From a bacterium (GTDB taxonomy: Bacteria; Bacillota_I; Bacilli_A; RFN20; CAG-449), in assembly GCA_963623095.1 (NCBI GenBank), contig CAVFKD010000002.1, positions 8,615 through 72,614 of the forward strand: a DNA stretch of 64,000 nucleotides, given 5' to 3'. Below are positions 43,485 through 51,869 of the stretch, one piece after another. A model generated the notes under the pieces. That model was not told where the DNA came from, ran no database searches, and saw only the letters and a list, made by a program, of their open reading frames with translations. Within the stretch, counting starts at the first letter, position 1; each line of letters starts with the position of its first letter. A program made the position numbers and the translations under genes.

Positions 43485-43521
43485 AAAAAAGAACTTCACT
43501 TTCTTATTTAGTTGAAGTTCT
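43485..43521 (-). terminator. Terminator after sdaA-ppa-hydrolase unit
   Basis: Minus strand reads AGAACTTCA, 14-nt loop, TGAAGTTCT, followed by TTTTTT. Confidence 0.7.
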
Positions 43522-43530
43522 TTGTCTTAG

Positions 43531-44565
43531 TTAAATATGTTTCTCAATAAAGTTAAATATTGTATCCATTACCATTGGATCTAATTCATTTAATTTTTCT
43601 CTATCTAATGAATTATAATAAGCTTCATTAATTGAAGGAGGAATCTTACCTTGGTGTTCACCTTTTAATTCATAATATTCAATTGTAGTCTTATTATCAT
43701 ATTCCGCGGATTCTTTAGTTACATATGCTTGATGATATCTATCTTCTACATCTAAGAATGTATAATGAGGATTATCTTCTAATTGAGTTTTAAAGAATTC
43801 ATGATTGAAATGATAATCCATAATAGTATCTAATGTACCTGCGATTAATAAATGATCTATATCGCTTTGATTAAAAGCATCGATAGAAGCAAAGTTTCCT
43901 TTTTTACCAAATTTAAGAAAATCAAATACTTTAAAGAAGAATTTAAATATACCCATAGCCGCGCCAGAAGTATGAGTTAATTCTTCATGCAAGCAACCAT
44001 ATGGAGTATTGCAACTAGAAATAGAAATAATACCATTTATCTTATGATCATATCTTGTAATATTATTAACTGCATATCCACCCATTGAATGGCCTAATAA
44101 TATTAAAGGATAAGAAGATAATTCATTATCGCTTTCTACATATTTTAAACAATCATTTAAATTAATTAATGAAGAAGTAAATCCAACTACACTTTTACCT
44201 TCACTTAGTTCACAACCTCTAGTATCAAAAGCTAATACAAGATAACCTTTAGAAATCAATTCATTGATTATCTTCATATATGGTTTATGACCAGGTCCTA
44301 AGGCATGGGTAAGAACAATCAAAGCTTTGTATTCATTAAATTCTTTTGATGAATATATTTTGCCATTGATATTTAGTTTTTGTGATTTAAAGCATATAGG
44401 TTTTTCTTGCATTGAAGGAAAATCACTTGCTTCATAAAACTTTAAGGTATGTTTATCATCATATCTACAAGAAAAGACATTATGTCTAATCTTAAGTGCC
44501 ATGGTCAATAATATTAAAAACATGACAAGTAATATACCTATGCATATAAATAAAAATATCCACAT
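43531..44565 (-). CDS. Membrane-anchored alpha/beta-fold hydrolase
   Basis: N-terminal TM helix and nucleophile elbow GHSMGG. Confidence 0.75.
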   Translation of the reverse strand: MWIFLFICIGILLVMFLILLTMALKIRHNVFSCRYDDKHTLKFYEASDFPSMQEKPICFKSQKLNINGKIYSSKEFNEYKALIVLTHALGPGHKPYMKIINELISKGYLVLAFDTRGCELSEGKSVVGFTSSLINLNDCLKYVESDNELSSYPLILLGHSMGGYAVNNITRYDHKINGIISISSCNTPYGCLHEELTHTSGAAMGIFKFFFKVFDFLKFGKKGNFASIDAFNQSDIDHLLIAGTLDTIMDYHFNHEFFKTQLEDNPHYTFLDVEDRYHQAYVTKESAEYDNKTTIEYYELKGEHQGKIPPSINEAYYNSLDREKLNELDPMVMDTIFNFIEKHI

Positions 44566-44566
44566 A

Positions 44567-45100
44567 TTATTTATTCTCGATTAATTGATCAAAGTTATGA
44601 ATACTCTTTTCAATAATGTTAATTGCTTCTTGTTTTCCTTTTACTTCAGAAACGAATGTCTTTTTACCTTCTAGTTGTTTATATACTTTAAAGAAATGGC
44701 AAATTTCATCCATAATATGTTGAGGTAATTCAGAAACATCATGATAGACATTTAAAGAAGGATCATCTTTACAAATTGCGATAATCTTCTCATCTTCCAT
44801 TTCAGAATCAATCATTTTAATAACACCTATTGGATAGCATCTTACTAAGCATAAAGGTTGAATAGGTTCTTGACACATTACTAAAACATCTAATGGGTCA
44901 TTATCACCTGCATAGGTTCTTGGAATAAATCCATAGTTTTGAGGATAATGGGTAGAAGTATATAAAACACGATCAAGAATTAATCTTCCTGTTTTCTTAT
45001 CGAGTTCATATTTCATTTTGCTTCCTTTAGAAATTTCAATACATGCGACAAATTCATCTTTTGAAATTCTATCTTTATCCATATCTTTCCAAATATTCAT
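44567..45100 (-). CDS. ppa: Inorganic pyrophosphatase, family I
   Basis: Contains YPQNYGFIP and DNDPLDVLV. Confidence 0.92.
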   Translation of the reverse strand: MNIWKDMDKDRISKDEFVACIEISKGSKMKYELDKKTGRLILDRVLYTSTHYPQNYGFIPRTYAGDNDPLDVLVMCQEPIQPLCLVRCYPIGVIKMIDSEMEDEKIIAICKDDPSLNVYHDVSELPQHIMDEICHFFKVYKQLEGKKTFVSEVKGKQEAINIIEKSIHNFDQLIENK

Positions 45101-46309
45101 TTAGTTTTTCTCCTTATCTAAGTTTAAAGCTGCAAGACCTCCTGTCGCGGTTTCTCTATAAGCTTTATTTAAATCGATTCCTGTTTGATACATTGTTTTA
45201 ATAACCATATCAAAAGAAATTAAGTTTGATGTTGAATCAATAAAGTCAGTAATTGATGCACATTCAATTGATCGTAACGCACCTATGGCATTTCTTTCAA
45301 TGCATGGAATCATAACATATCCTCCGATAGGATCGCAAGTTAAACCTAATGAATGTTCCATGGCAATTTCTGCCGCACGTTCAGTTAAATCGATATTTAA
45401 TCCTTTAATATTAGATACAAAAGCCGCGCCCATACTACTTGCAGAGCCAATCTCTGCTTGACAACCACATTCTGCGCCTGAAATAGAAGCATTCTCTTTT
45501 ATGAGTAAACCAAATAATCCTGCGACCAATAAAGATTCAATTACTTTTTCATGAGAATATCCTTGTTCTTCATAGTATCTAACTAAACTAGGAATAATAC
45601 CAGAAGATCCACATGTTGGTGAAGTAACTATCATTCCACCAGAAGCATTTTCTTCACTGACCGCGAAAGCATACGCGGATACTAGTCTTTTTTCTTTTCT
45701 CGCGCTTGATTCTTCTGGTACACCTTTAGAATAAATTTCTTTAGCTTTGCGATAAACGCTTATTGAACCTGGTAATCTTCCTTCTTTTTGTAATCCAGAA
45801 GAAATACAATTTATCATTGTTTGATAAATGTTTTCCGCATAATCTTTAATATCATCATCTTCAAATTTATAAATATAATCAATTAAAGAAAGATTGTTTT
45901 CTTTACAATATTTTTTAATATCATCAAAGTGTGAATGAGGATAAATTTCTTTATAGTGTTTTTTATCTTCACCTTTAATTTTGATAATACCTCCTCCAAC
46001 AGAATATATTGTGGCAGTATCAATAACTTTATTATCTTTAATAATCTCAAAATACATCGTATTTGGATGTTCTTTAACCTCTTCTAAATCAAAAATAAGT
46101 TCATGAGGAATATCACCAAATGTTTGATCCGCGATTTTATCTAGTAAATGTCCTTTACCAGTTAACGCTAAAGAGCCATATAAATACATCTTATAATAAT
46201 CACCATGAGGGCGATATTTTAAAATATATCTAACAGCGTTTCTTGGACCAATAGTATGAGATGAACTAGGACCAGGTCCTATTTTATATAAAGTTTTAAT
46301 TGAATACAT
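45101..46309 (-). CDS. sdaA: L-serine dehydratase, iron-sulfur type, single-chain
   Basis: ORF track extends to 46372. ATG 46309 (MYSIKTLYKIGPGPSSSHTIGP...) is preceded by GAGGT. Contains TSPTCGSSG and ECGCQAEIG. Confidence 0.85.
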   Translation of the reverse strand: MYSIKTLYKIGPGPSSSHTIGPRNAVRYILKYRPHGDYYKMYLYGSLALTGKGHLLDKIADQTFGDIPHELIFDLEEVKEHPNTMYFEIIKDNKVIDTATIYSVGGGIIKIKGEDKKHYKEIYPHSHFDDIKKYCKENNLSLIDYIYKFEDDDIKDYAENIYQTMINCISSGLQKEGRLPGSISVYRKAKEIYSKGVPEESSARKEKRLVSAYAFAVSEENASGGMIVTSPTCGSSGIIPSLVRYYEEQGYSHEKVIESLLVAGLFGLLIKENASISGAECGCQAEIGSASSMGAAFVSNIKGLNIDLTERAAEIAMEHSLGLTCDPIGGYVMIPCIERNAIGALRSIECASITDFIDSTSNLISFDMVIKTMYQTGIDLNKAYRETATGGLAALNLDKEKN

Positions 46310-46374
46310 AATGTTACCTCGGTATGTATGTATTATATTATTTTTTGATAAAAATAAATAGATATATTTCAAAT

Positions 46375-46402
46375 TAAAAAGTCATAGTTTTACCTATGAC
46401 TC
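46375..46402 (-). terminator. Terminator after purB-purA-flavoprotein operon
   Basis: Minus strand reads GAGTCATAG-GTAAAA-CTATGACT followed by TTTTAATTT. Confidence 0.7.
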
Positions 46403-46410
46403 ATAATAAC

Positions 46411-47835
46411 TTATTTAGATGTTTCTTTAGAAATAATATCTCTTGCAACCCAAACACCATTCGCACCAGCTTGAGCGAGTCCTCTAGTAATACCCGCGCC
46501 ATCACCTGCGACATATAAATTTGTAATCTTTGTTTCAAATTTTTCATTTACTTCTGGTCTATCTGAATAGAATTTTGCTTCAACACCATATAATAATGTA
46601 TGGTCGTTGGCGATACCTGGAGTAACATAGTCTAATGCTTCAATCATTTCAATTAATGATTTCATTGTGTTATATGGTAATACTAAACCTAAATCGCCAG
46701 GAACTGCTTCTTTTAATGTAGGTTTAACAAAGCCTTCATCGATACGTTTTTGTGTAGATCTTCTACCCTTTTTAATATCGCCATATTTTTGAACAATGAC
46801 CGCGCCATTGGATAATTTATTCGCAATTTTAGATAATCTAATCGCATAAGCATTCGCATCTTTAAATGGTTCATCAAATTCTTGTGATACTAATAAAGCA
46901 AAGTTAGTATTTTTAGAACCTAATTTAGGATCATGATATGCGTGTCCATTACAAACCATTGTACCATTGTGGTTTTCAATAACTACGTGTCCAGATGGGT
47001 TAGAACAGAATGTTCTTACTGATGTACCAACTGATGTATTGTAAATAAATTTACCTTCGTAAAGATATTTATTAATGTCAGACATAATAATATCATTAGT
47101 TTCAACTCTAACACCGATATCAACTCTATTATTATGCATTTCAAGTCCGTGTTTAGATAATACTTTAACTAACCATTCAGAACCATTTCTACCAACTGCA
47201 AGAAGAACATATTTTGCGCTTATTTTTGTACCATCTTTAAGAGTAATACCTTTAATAGTATTATCTTCAACAATGACATCATCAACTTCAGTCGCATATG
47301 CATAATCAACATGAGGTTTCATTTCTTCATAGATTGATTTTAAAATTTCTAAGTTGACTTCAGTACCTAAGTGTCTAACTTGGCTTCTTAATAATTTTAA
47401 GCCAACTGCGATACCCTTTTTTTCAATTTCTAATACTTCTTTAGTATAAGGATCTGTTAATTCAGTAGGTGCGCCATGTTTTAAGTTAATGGAGTCTACG
47501 TATTTAATTAAATCTAATACTGTATCTTCTGGAAGATAATCAGTCATCCAACCACCGAATTCAGAAGTAATATTAAATTTACCATCTGAATAAGCACCAC
47601 TTCCTCCAAATCCTGCGGTCATAGAACATGCAGGTAAGCAACCTGATTCACCGCTTGGATTAACTGGGCAATGTTTTGCTTTACCCATTAAAATAGGGCA
47701 ACGTCTTCCATAGATATCTCTACCTTTATCAATTAAAAGGACCTTTAAAGAAGGTGCTTTTGACATAAATTCATAAGCTGAATATATACCTGCAGGACCT
47801 GCGCCTACAATAATCACATCATAATTACTATTCAT
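46411..47835 (-). CDS. FAD-dependent oxidoreductase of the uncharacterised COG2509 type
   Basis: Contains the dinucleotide fold DVIIVGAGPAG, plus GGSGAYSDGKF and VAGDGAGITRGLAQAGANG. Paralog of 56598..58196. Confidence 0.75.
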   Translation of the reverse strand: MNSNYDVIIVGAGPAGIYSAYEFMSKAPSLKVLLIDKGRDIYGRRCPILMGKAKHCPVNPSGESGCLPACSMTAGFGGSGAYSDGKFNITSEFGGWMTDYLPEDTVLDLIKYVDSINLKHGAPTELTDPYTKEVLEIEKKGIAVGLKLLRSQVRHLGTEVNLEILKSIYEEMKPHVDYAYATEVDDVIVEDNTIKGITLKDGTKISAKYVLLAVGRNGSEWLVKVLSKHGLEMHNNRVDIGVRVETNDIIMSDINKYLYEGKFIYNTSVGTSVRTFCSNPSGHVVIENHNGTMVCNGHAYHDPKLGSKNTNFALLVSQEFDEPFKDANAYAIRLSKIANKLSNGAVIVQKYGDIKKGRRSTQKRIDEGFVKPTLKEAVPGDLGLVLPYNTMKSLIEMIEALDYVTPGIANDHTLLYGVEAKFYSDRPEVNEKFETKITNLYVAGDGAGITRGLAQAGANGVWVARDIISKETSK

Positions 47836-47852
47836 TAACTACTCTCCTATAA

Positions 47853-49145
47853 TTAATATATTTTCTTTCTAATAACTGTTTGATATTTGTCTGGTCCAAC
47901 ACTGAACATAATAACAGGGACTCCGACAACTTCTTCCATCTTTTCAATGTATTTTTTTGCGTTTTCTGGAAGTTGATCATAACTTGTTACTTTAGTGATA
48001 TCTTCTTCCCAACCTGGAAGTTCAATAAAGTGTGGTTTACATCTTGCGAAGTCTTCAAGTCTTGCACATGGTGCGACAACTTTCTTACCATCTAATTCAT
48101 AATAATCACAAATCTTAATTGTTTTTAATCCTGATAAGATATCAAGTAACATAAGTGATAAACCAGTTAAACCATTTACTTGCGCGGAATATCTATTGAT
48201 AACCCCATCAAACCAACCAATTCTTCTTGGACGTTTAGTAGTTGCACCATATTCACCTGCACGGTCACGAATATCTTGTGCTAAAACTAAATCATCATTC
48301 ATTTCAGTTGGGAAAGGACCTTCACCAACTCTAGTTGTATATGCTTTTGTAATACCTAATACTTCATCAATCTTAGTTGGGCCAAGTCCAGAACCTGTAC
48401 AAGCACCCGCGGAAGATGCATTTGAAGAAGTAACATATGGATAAGTACCAAAGTCAATATCAAGTAATGTACCTTGTGCACCTTCAAATAAAATCTTTTT
48501 ACCCTTATTATATTGTTCATTAATAAGAGTTACTGTATCACAAACCATTGGTCTAATTTCATCCGCGATTTTTTGATATTCAGCATATGAAGATTCAAAG
48601 TCAATTGGTTCTACACCAAAAGCTTTTAATTGTTCATTTTTTAAAATAACGCTTTGGCGATAGACTTCTTTAAAATCCGGACCAACAAAGTCACACATTC
48701 TAATTCCATCACGAGAGATCTTATCTGTGTAGCAAGGACCAATACCTTTTTTAGTTGTACCAATCTTTCTTGCTCCTAATCTTTCTTCATTTAAACCATC
48801 TAATACTTTATGGTAGTCAAATAAAACATTCGCTCTATCGGAGATAAATAAGTTATTGCATTTAAATCCTTTTGATTTGATTTCATTTAATTCTTCAATT
48901 AAGCTCTTTGGATTAATAACGCATCCATTGCCTAAGATATTAATAATTTCATCTTTAAAAATACCTGATGGTACTAAATGTAATTTATAAGTGTTTCCAT
49001 CAAATACAATTGTATGTCCTGCATTATCTCCCCCAGTAGAACGGACAACTACATCTGATAATTCACCTAAATAGTTAGTAATTTTTCCTTTACCTTCATC
49101 GCCCCAACAAGCACCGACGACAATAATTGTTTTTCCTTTTTCCAT
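47853..49145 (-). CDS. purA: Adenylosuccinate synthetase
   Basis: Contains GACWGDEGKGK, GTTKKGIGP and a TTRVGEGPF-type motif. Confidence 0.96.
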   Translation of the reverse strand: MEKGKTIIVVGACWGDEGKGKITNYLGELSDVVVRSTGGDNAGHTIVFDGNTYKLHLVPSGIFKDEIINILGNGCVINPKSLIEELNEIKSKGFKCNNLFISDRANVLFDYHKVLDGLNEERLGARKIGTTKKGIGPCYTDKISRDGIRMCDFVGPDFKEVYRQSVILKNEQLKAFGVEPIDFESSYAEYQKIADEIRPMVCDTVTLINEQYNKGKKILFEGAQGTLLDIDFGTYPYVTSSNASSAGACTGSGLGPTKIDEVLGITKAYTTRVGEGPFPTEMNDDLVLAQDIRDRAGEYGATTKRPRRIGWFDGVINRYSAQVNGLTGLSLMLLDILSGLKTIKICDYYELDGKKVVAPCARLEDFARCKPHFIELPGWEEDITKVTSYDQLPENAKKYIEKMEEVVGVPVIMFSVGPDKYQTVIRKKIY

Positions 49146-49151
49146 TTTAAT

Positions 49152-50438
49152 TTACTCCTTTACCCCAACACTTTTATATATTTCATCTACATGTTTCATA
49201 TATCTTTGTAGATCGAATATCTCTTTTAATTGTTCTTCATTCAACCACTTAGTTTCTTCAAGTAAGCTTCTAAATTGAACTTTTTCATTTAATGCCTTGA
49301 ATGTCAAAGGTTGAATTTTATCATATGCCTCTTCTCTTGACCAACCTAAAGAAACTAATTTATTTAATACTGATCCTGAGAAGATAACTCCATAAGTTAA
49401 ATAAATATCTTCAATCATCTTATCTTCATAAACGACTAGATTATCAATAATCTTTGTAAATCTATTTAACATATAATCAAGTAATGTTGTTGAATCCGCC
49501 ATAATGATACGTTCCGCGGAAGAATGAGAAATATCTCTTTCATGCCATAAGATATTATTATCTAACGCGGTATTAACATATGCTTTTATAACTCTTGCAC
49601 ATCCGCAGATGTTTTCACTACCAATTGGATTTCTTTTATGTGGCATCGCGGAACTACCTTTTTGTCCTTTAGAGAATCCTTCTTCTACTTCATGGACTTC
49701 TTGACGAGATAGATTTCTAATTTCCATTGCCATCTTTTCAAGTAAAGAAGCAATAAGGGCTAATACTTCAATGTAATAAGCATGTCTATCACGCGATAAA
49801 ACTTGAGTTGAAATCTTTGCTCTTTGAAGTCCTAATTCATCCGCGACCATTTGTTCAATTTCGATTGAAGTAGTAATATAATTACCGACTGCTCCGGATA
49901 ATTTACAAGCTTCTACATCTTTTCTTGCTTCTATAAATCTAGCTATATCTCTTTTTAGTTCATCATACCATAAGGCATATTTTAAACCAAAAGATGTAAT
50001 TTCTGCGTGCATTCCATGAGTTCTACCCATAATAGGTGTATTTTGATAAGTTAATGCTTTTTGTTTTAAAGTTTCTAATAATTTATTTAAATCATCTTGG
50101 ATAATATCATTAGCTTCTTTAAATAATAATCCATTCGCAGTATCAACAACATCGGTAGAAGTTAATCCATAATGAACCCATTTCTTTTCATCACCTAATG
50201 ATTCAGAGACAGTTCTAGTAAATGCAATAACATCATGTTTAGTAATTGCTTCTAATTCTAATATACGATCTATATCAATTTTTGCATTATCTCTAATTTT
50301 GATATAATCACTTTCTGGTACTACGCCAATTTGACTAAAAGCATGTGTGGCAGCAATTTCAACTTTTAAAAATGAGTTGAACTTATTTTCATCTGTCCAT
50401 ACTTTTTTCATTTTCGCTAAAGAGTATCTTTCAATCAT
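49152..50438 (-). CDS. purB: Adenylosuccinate lyase
   Basis: Contains GLTSTDV and the fumarate-lyase signature SSAMPHKRNP. Confidence 0.95.
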   Translation of the reverse strand: MIERYSLAKMKKVWTDENKFNSFLKVEIAATHAFSQIGVVPESDYIKIRDNAKIDIDRILELEAITKHDVIAFTRTVSESLGDEKKWVHYGLTSTDVVDTANGLLFKEANDIIQDDLNKLLETLKQKALTYQNTPIMGRTHGMHAEITSFGLKYALWYDELKRDIARFIEARKDVEACKLSGAVGNYITTSIEIEQMVADELGLQRAKISTQVLSRDRHAYYIEVLALIASLLEKMAMEIRNLSRQEVHEVEEGFSKGQKGSSAMPHKRNPIGSENICGCARVIKAYVNTALDNNILWHERDISHSSAERIIMADSTTLLDYMLNRFTKIIDNLVVYEDKMIEDIYLTYGVIFSGSVLNKLVSLGWSREEAYDKIQPLTFKALNEKVQFRSLLEETKWLNEEQLKEIFDLQRYMKHVDEIYKSVGVKE

Positions 50439-50483
50439 AATATCACCTAACTTTATTTTAACTCAATTGGGTTTAAATTAACT

Positions 50484-50550
50484 ATAAAAAATAAAATAGA
50501 CTTAGTTACTTTAAATACACTCTATCTAAGAGTAAGTAAACTAAGTCTAT
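50484..50550 (-). terminator. Long hairpin plus U-run inside the purB 5' leader (attenuator-like)
   Basis: Minus strand has ATAGACTTAGTTTAC, an inner TACTCT/AGAGTG helix, then GTAACTAAGTCTAT, followed by TTTATTTTTT. It ends about 45 nt before the purB ATG. Confidence 0.55.
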
Positions 50551-50853
50551 AATTTGTTCTATAATTATCTTTTTTAAGTATGGTAAAGCCTACGCTAAGA
50601 CAAGAATGTTGAAATTTGATTTCATTTTGAAGTCTTGAAAGCATAGTTTCACCCCCAACGAGTTATATTTTAGCATTTACATCAAAATAATTAAATAATT
50701 ATTTTAATAAATATTGTAAGAACGCATTTGTTTTAACATTCGTTATTAAGAACATTTTTCAATTAAATGAAAAGTTGAATTTCCATTTTTTATATTTGTT
50801 TCTTTCACATTAACATCAAATAATTTTGTTAATGTCATAGCAACATAGTTTTT

Positions 50854-51549
50854 TTAATTCTCTAAATTCCAAATATATGTCTTTCCTTGTTTTATAGAAT
50901 AATAGCCAATATTTGTAATGATCATATGTTCAATAAAATCAATCTTTAAACTTAACGCTAAAGTATCTAATTGACTTGTAAATAAAAGATCTTGTTGGCT
51001 TGGTCTAAAAGAATTAGATGGATGGTTATGAAGCAAATAGAATCTCCTTCCACCATCTTTTAAAACATGTTTAATAACAATAGTCTCACTAATGGAGATA
51101 GAATCTTCACTTCCTTTACCAAGTTCATTAATACTTAATATATGGGAACTTCTATCCATTACTACTAAATATAGAACTTCTTGCGATGAATCTAAGATGT
51201 TTCCATGGATTATTTTTGCAATCTCATATTCACTATATCTTTTTATATCAGAAATAGTATTTTGCTCTAAACTTCTTTTATATAAATAAAACGAAGCTGC
51301 CATTTTGACAGCTTTCGCCTTAGATATACCCTTTATGCACATCAGTTCGTTAATTCCTGCATTCACTACTCCATTTATCCCATTAAACTTTGAAAGTAGT
51401 TCATAAGCGATATCTAATGCTGATTTATCCTTGTAACCACTGGAGATGATGATTGCGAGTAATTCAGCATTAGATAATGAATTAAGTCCATAGAGGAGAG
51501 CTTTTTCTCTTGGACGATCGAAGGTAGGAATATCTTTAATCTTGGTCAT
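50854..51549 (-). CDS. radC: RadC-like JAB/MPN-domain protein
   Basis: ORF track starts at TTG 51627. ATG 51549 gives the canonical N-terminus MTKIKDIPTFDRPREKALLYG..LSNAELLAIII. JAMM motif HNHPSNSFRPSQQD. Confidence 0.88.
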   Translation of the reverse strand: MTKIKDIPTFDRPREKALLYGLNSLSNAELLAIIISSGYKDKSALDIAYELLSKFNGINGVVNAGINELMCIKGISKAKAVKMAASFYLYKRSLEQNTISDIKRYSEYEIAKIIHGNILDSSQEVLYLVVMDRSSHILSINELGKGSEDSISISETIVIKHVLKDGGRRFYLLHNHPSNSFRPSQQDLLFTSQLDTLALSLKIDFIEHMIITNIGYYSIKQGKTYIWNLEN

Positions 51550-51553
51550 ACTT

Positions 51554-51730
51554 CTAACCCCATGAAAATTTCCATCCACCAGGTAAAGTTGTACTTCCCT
51601 TGCTAGACATAAATAATCGATAAACAACTACCGCGACAATCGCAGTGACTAATACTGCCATAATCGCAGTTAAGGTAATTGCTTCGCCACCAACAATGAG
51701 TGACATTTCTTCATCATTTAAAATCCTCAT
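51554..51730 (-). CDS. Small ORF (58 aa) encoding a double-glycine-leader, bacteriocin/pheromone-like hydrophobic peptide
   Basis: Below the ORF-track cutoff. AGGAGG lies 7 nt before the ATG. Translation: MRILNDEEMSLIVGG-EAITLTAIMAVLVTAIVAVVVYRLFMSSKGSTTLPGGWKFSWG. The TAG stop lies 4 nt before the radC ATG. Confidence 0.6.
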   Translation of the reverse strand: MRILNDEEMSLIVGGEAITLTAIMAVLVTAIVAVVVYRLFMSSKGSTTLPGGWKFSWG

Positions 51731-51803
51731 AAATTTTCCTCCTCTATATATATCTTTTGAGGGTTTTAAGCAAAAATCCTAAAAATATTTTTATTTTTTT
51801 TAA

Positions 51804-51839
51804 AAAAAGAAAAAAGTTGAAGAAATTAATCCTCAACTT
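51804..51839 (-). terminator. Terminator after tyrS
   Basis: Minus strand reads AAGTTGAGG-ATTAATTT-CTTCAACTT followed by TTTTCTTTTTTT. Confidence 0.7.
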
Positions 51840-51869
51840 TGATAGTTAAAATAGTATTTAAATTTTTAA

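Noticed and set aside
50439-50700. Purine (guanine/adenine) riboswitch upstream of purB.
   Set aside because: This was expected from the context. However, neither strand contains the conserved cores UAUAAUC..GAUAUGG..GUUUCUACC..CCGUAAA..GACUA. The region is kept only as an unclassified structured leader.
50700-50760. PurR PurBox pair (AATAACGAATGTT and TAAGAACG) upstream of the purB promoter.
   Set aside because: Only about 10 of 13 positions match the remembered consensus AWWWCCGAACWWT. The arrangement is direct and not the expected palindromic pair, so the evidence is too weak to call.
50746-50838. 30-codon ORF (MTLTKLFDVNVKETNIKNGNSTFHLIEKCS) just downstream of radC.
   Set aside because: It has no SD sequence and no recognisable family, and it sits in an AT-rich spacer where short ORFs arise by chance.
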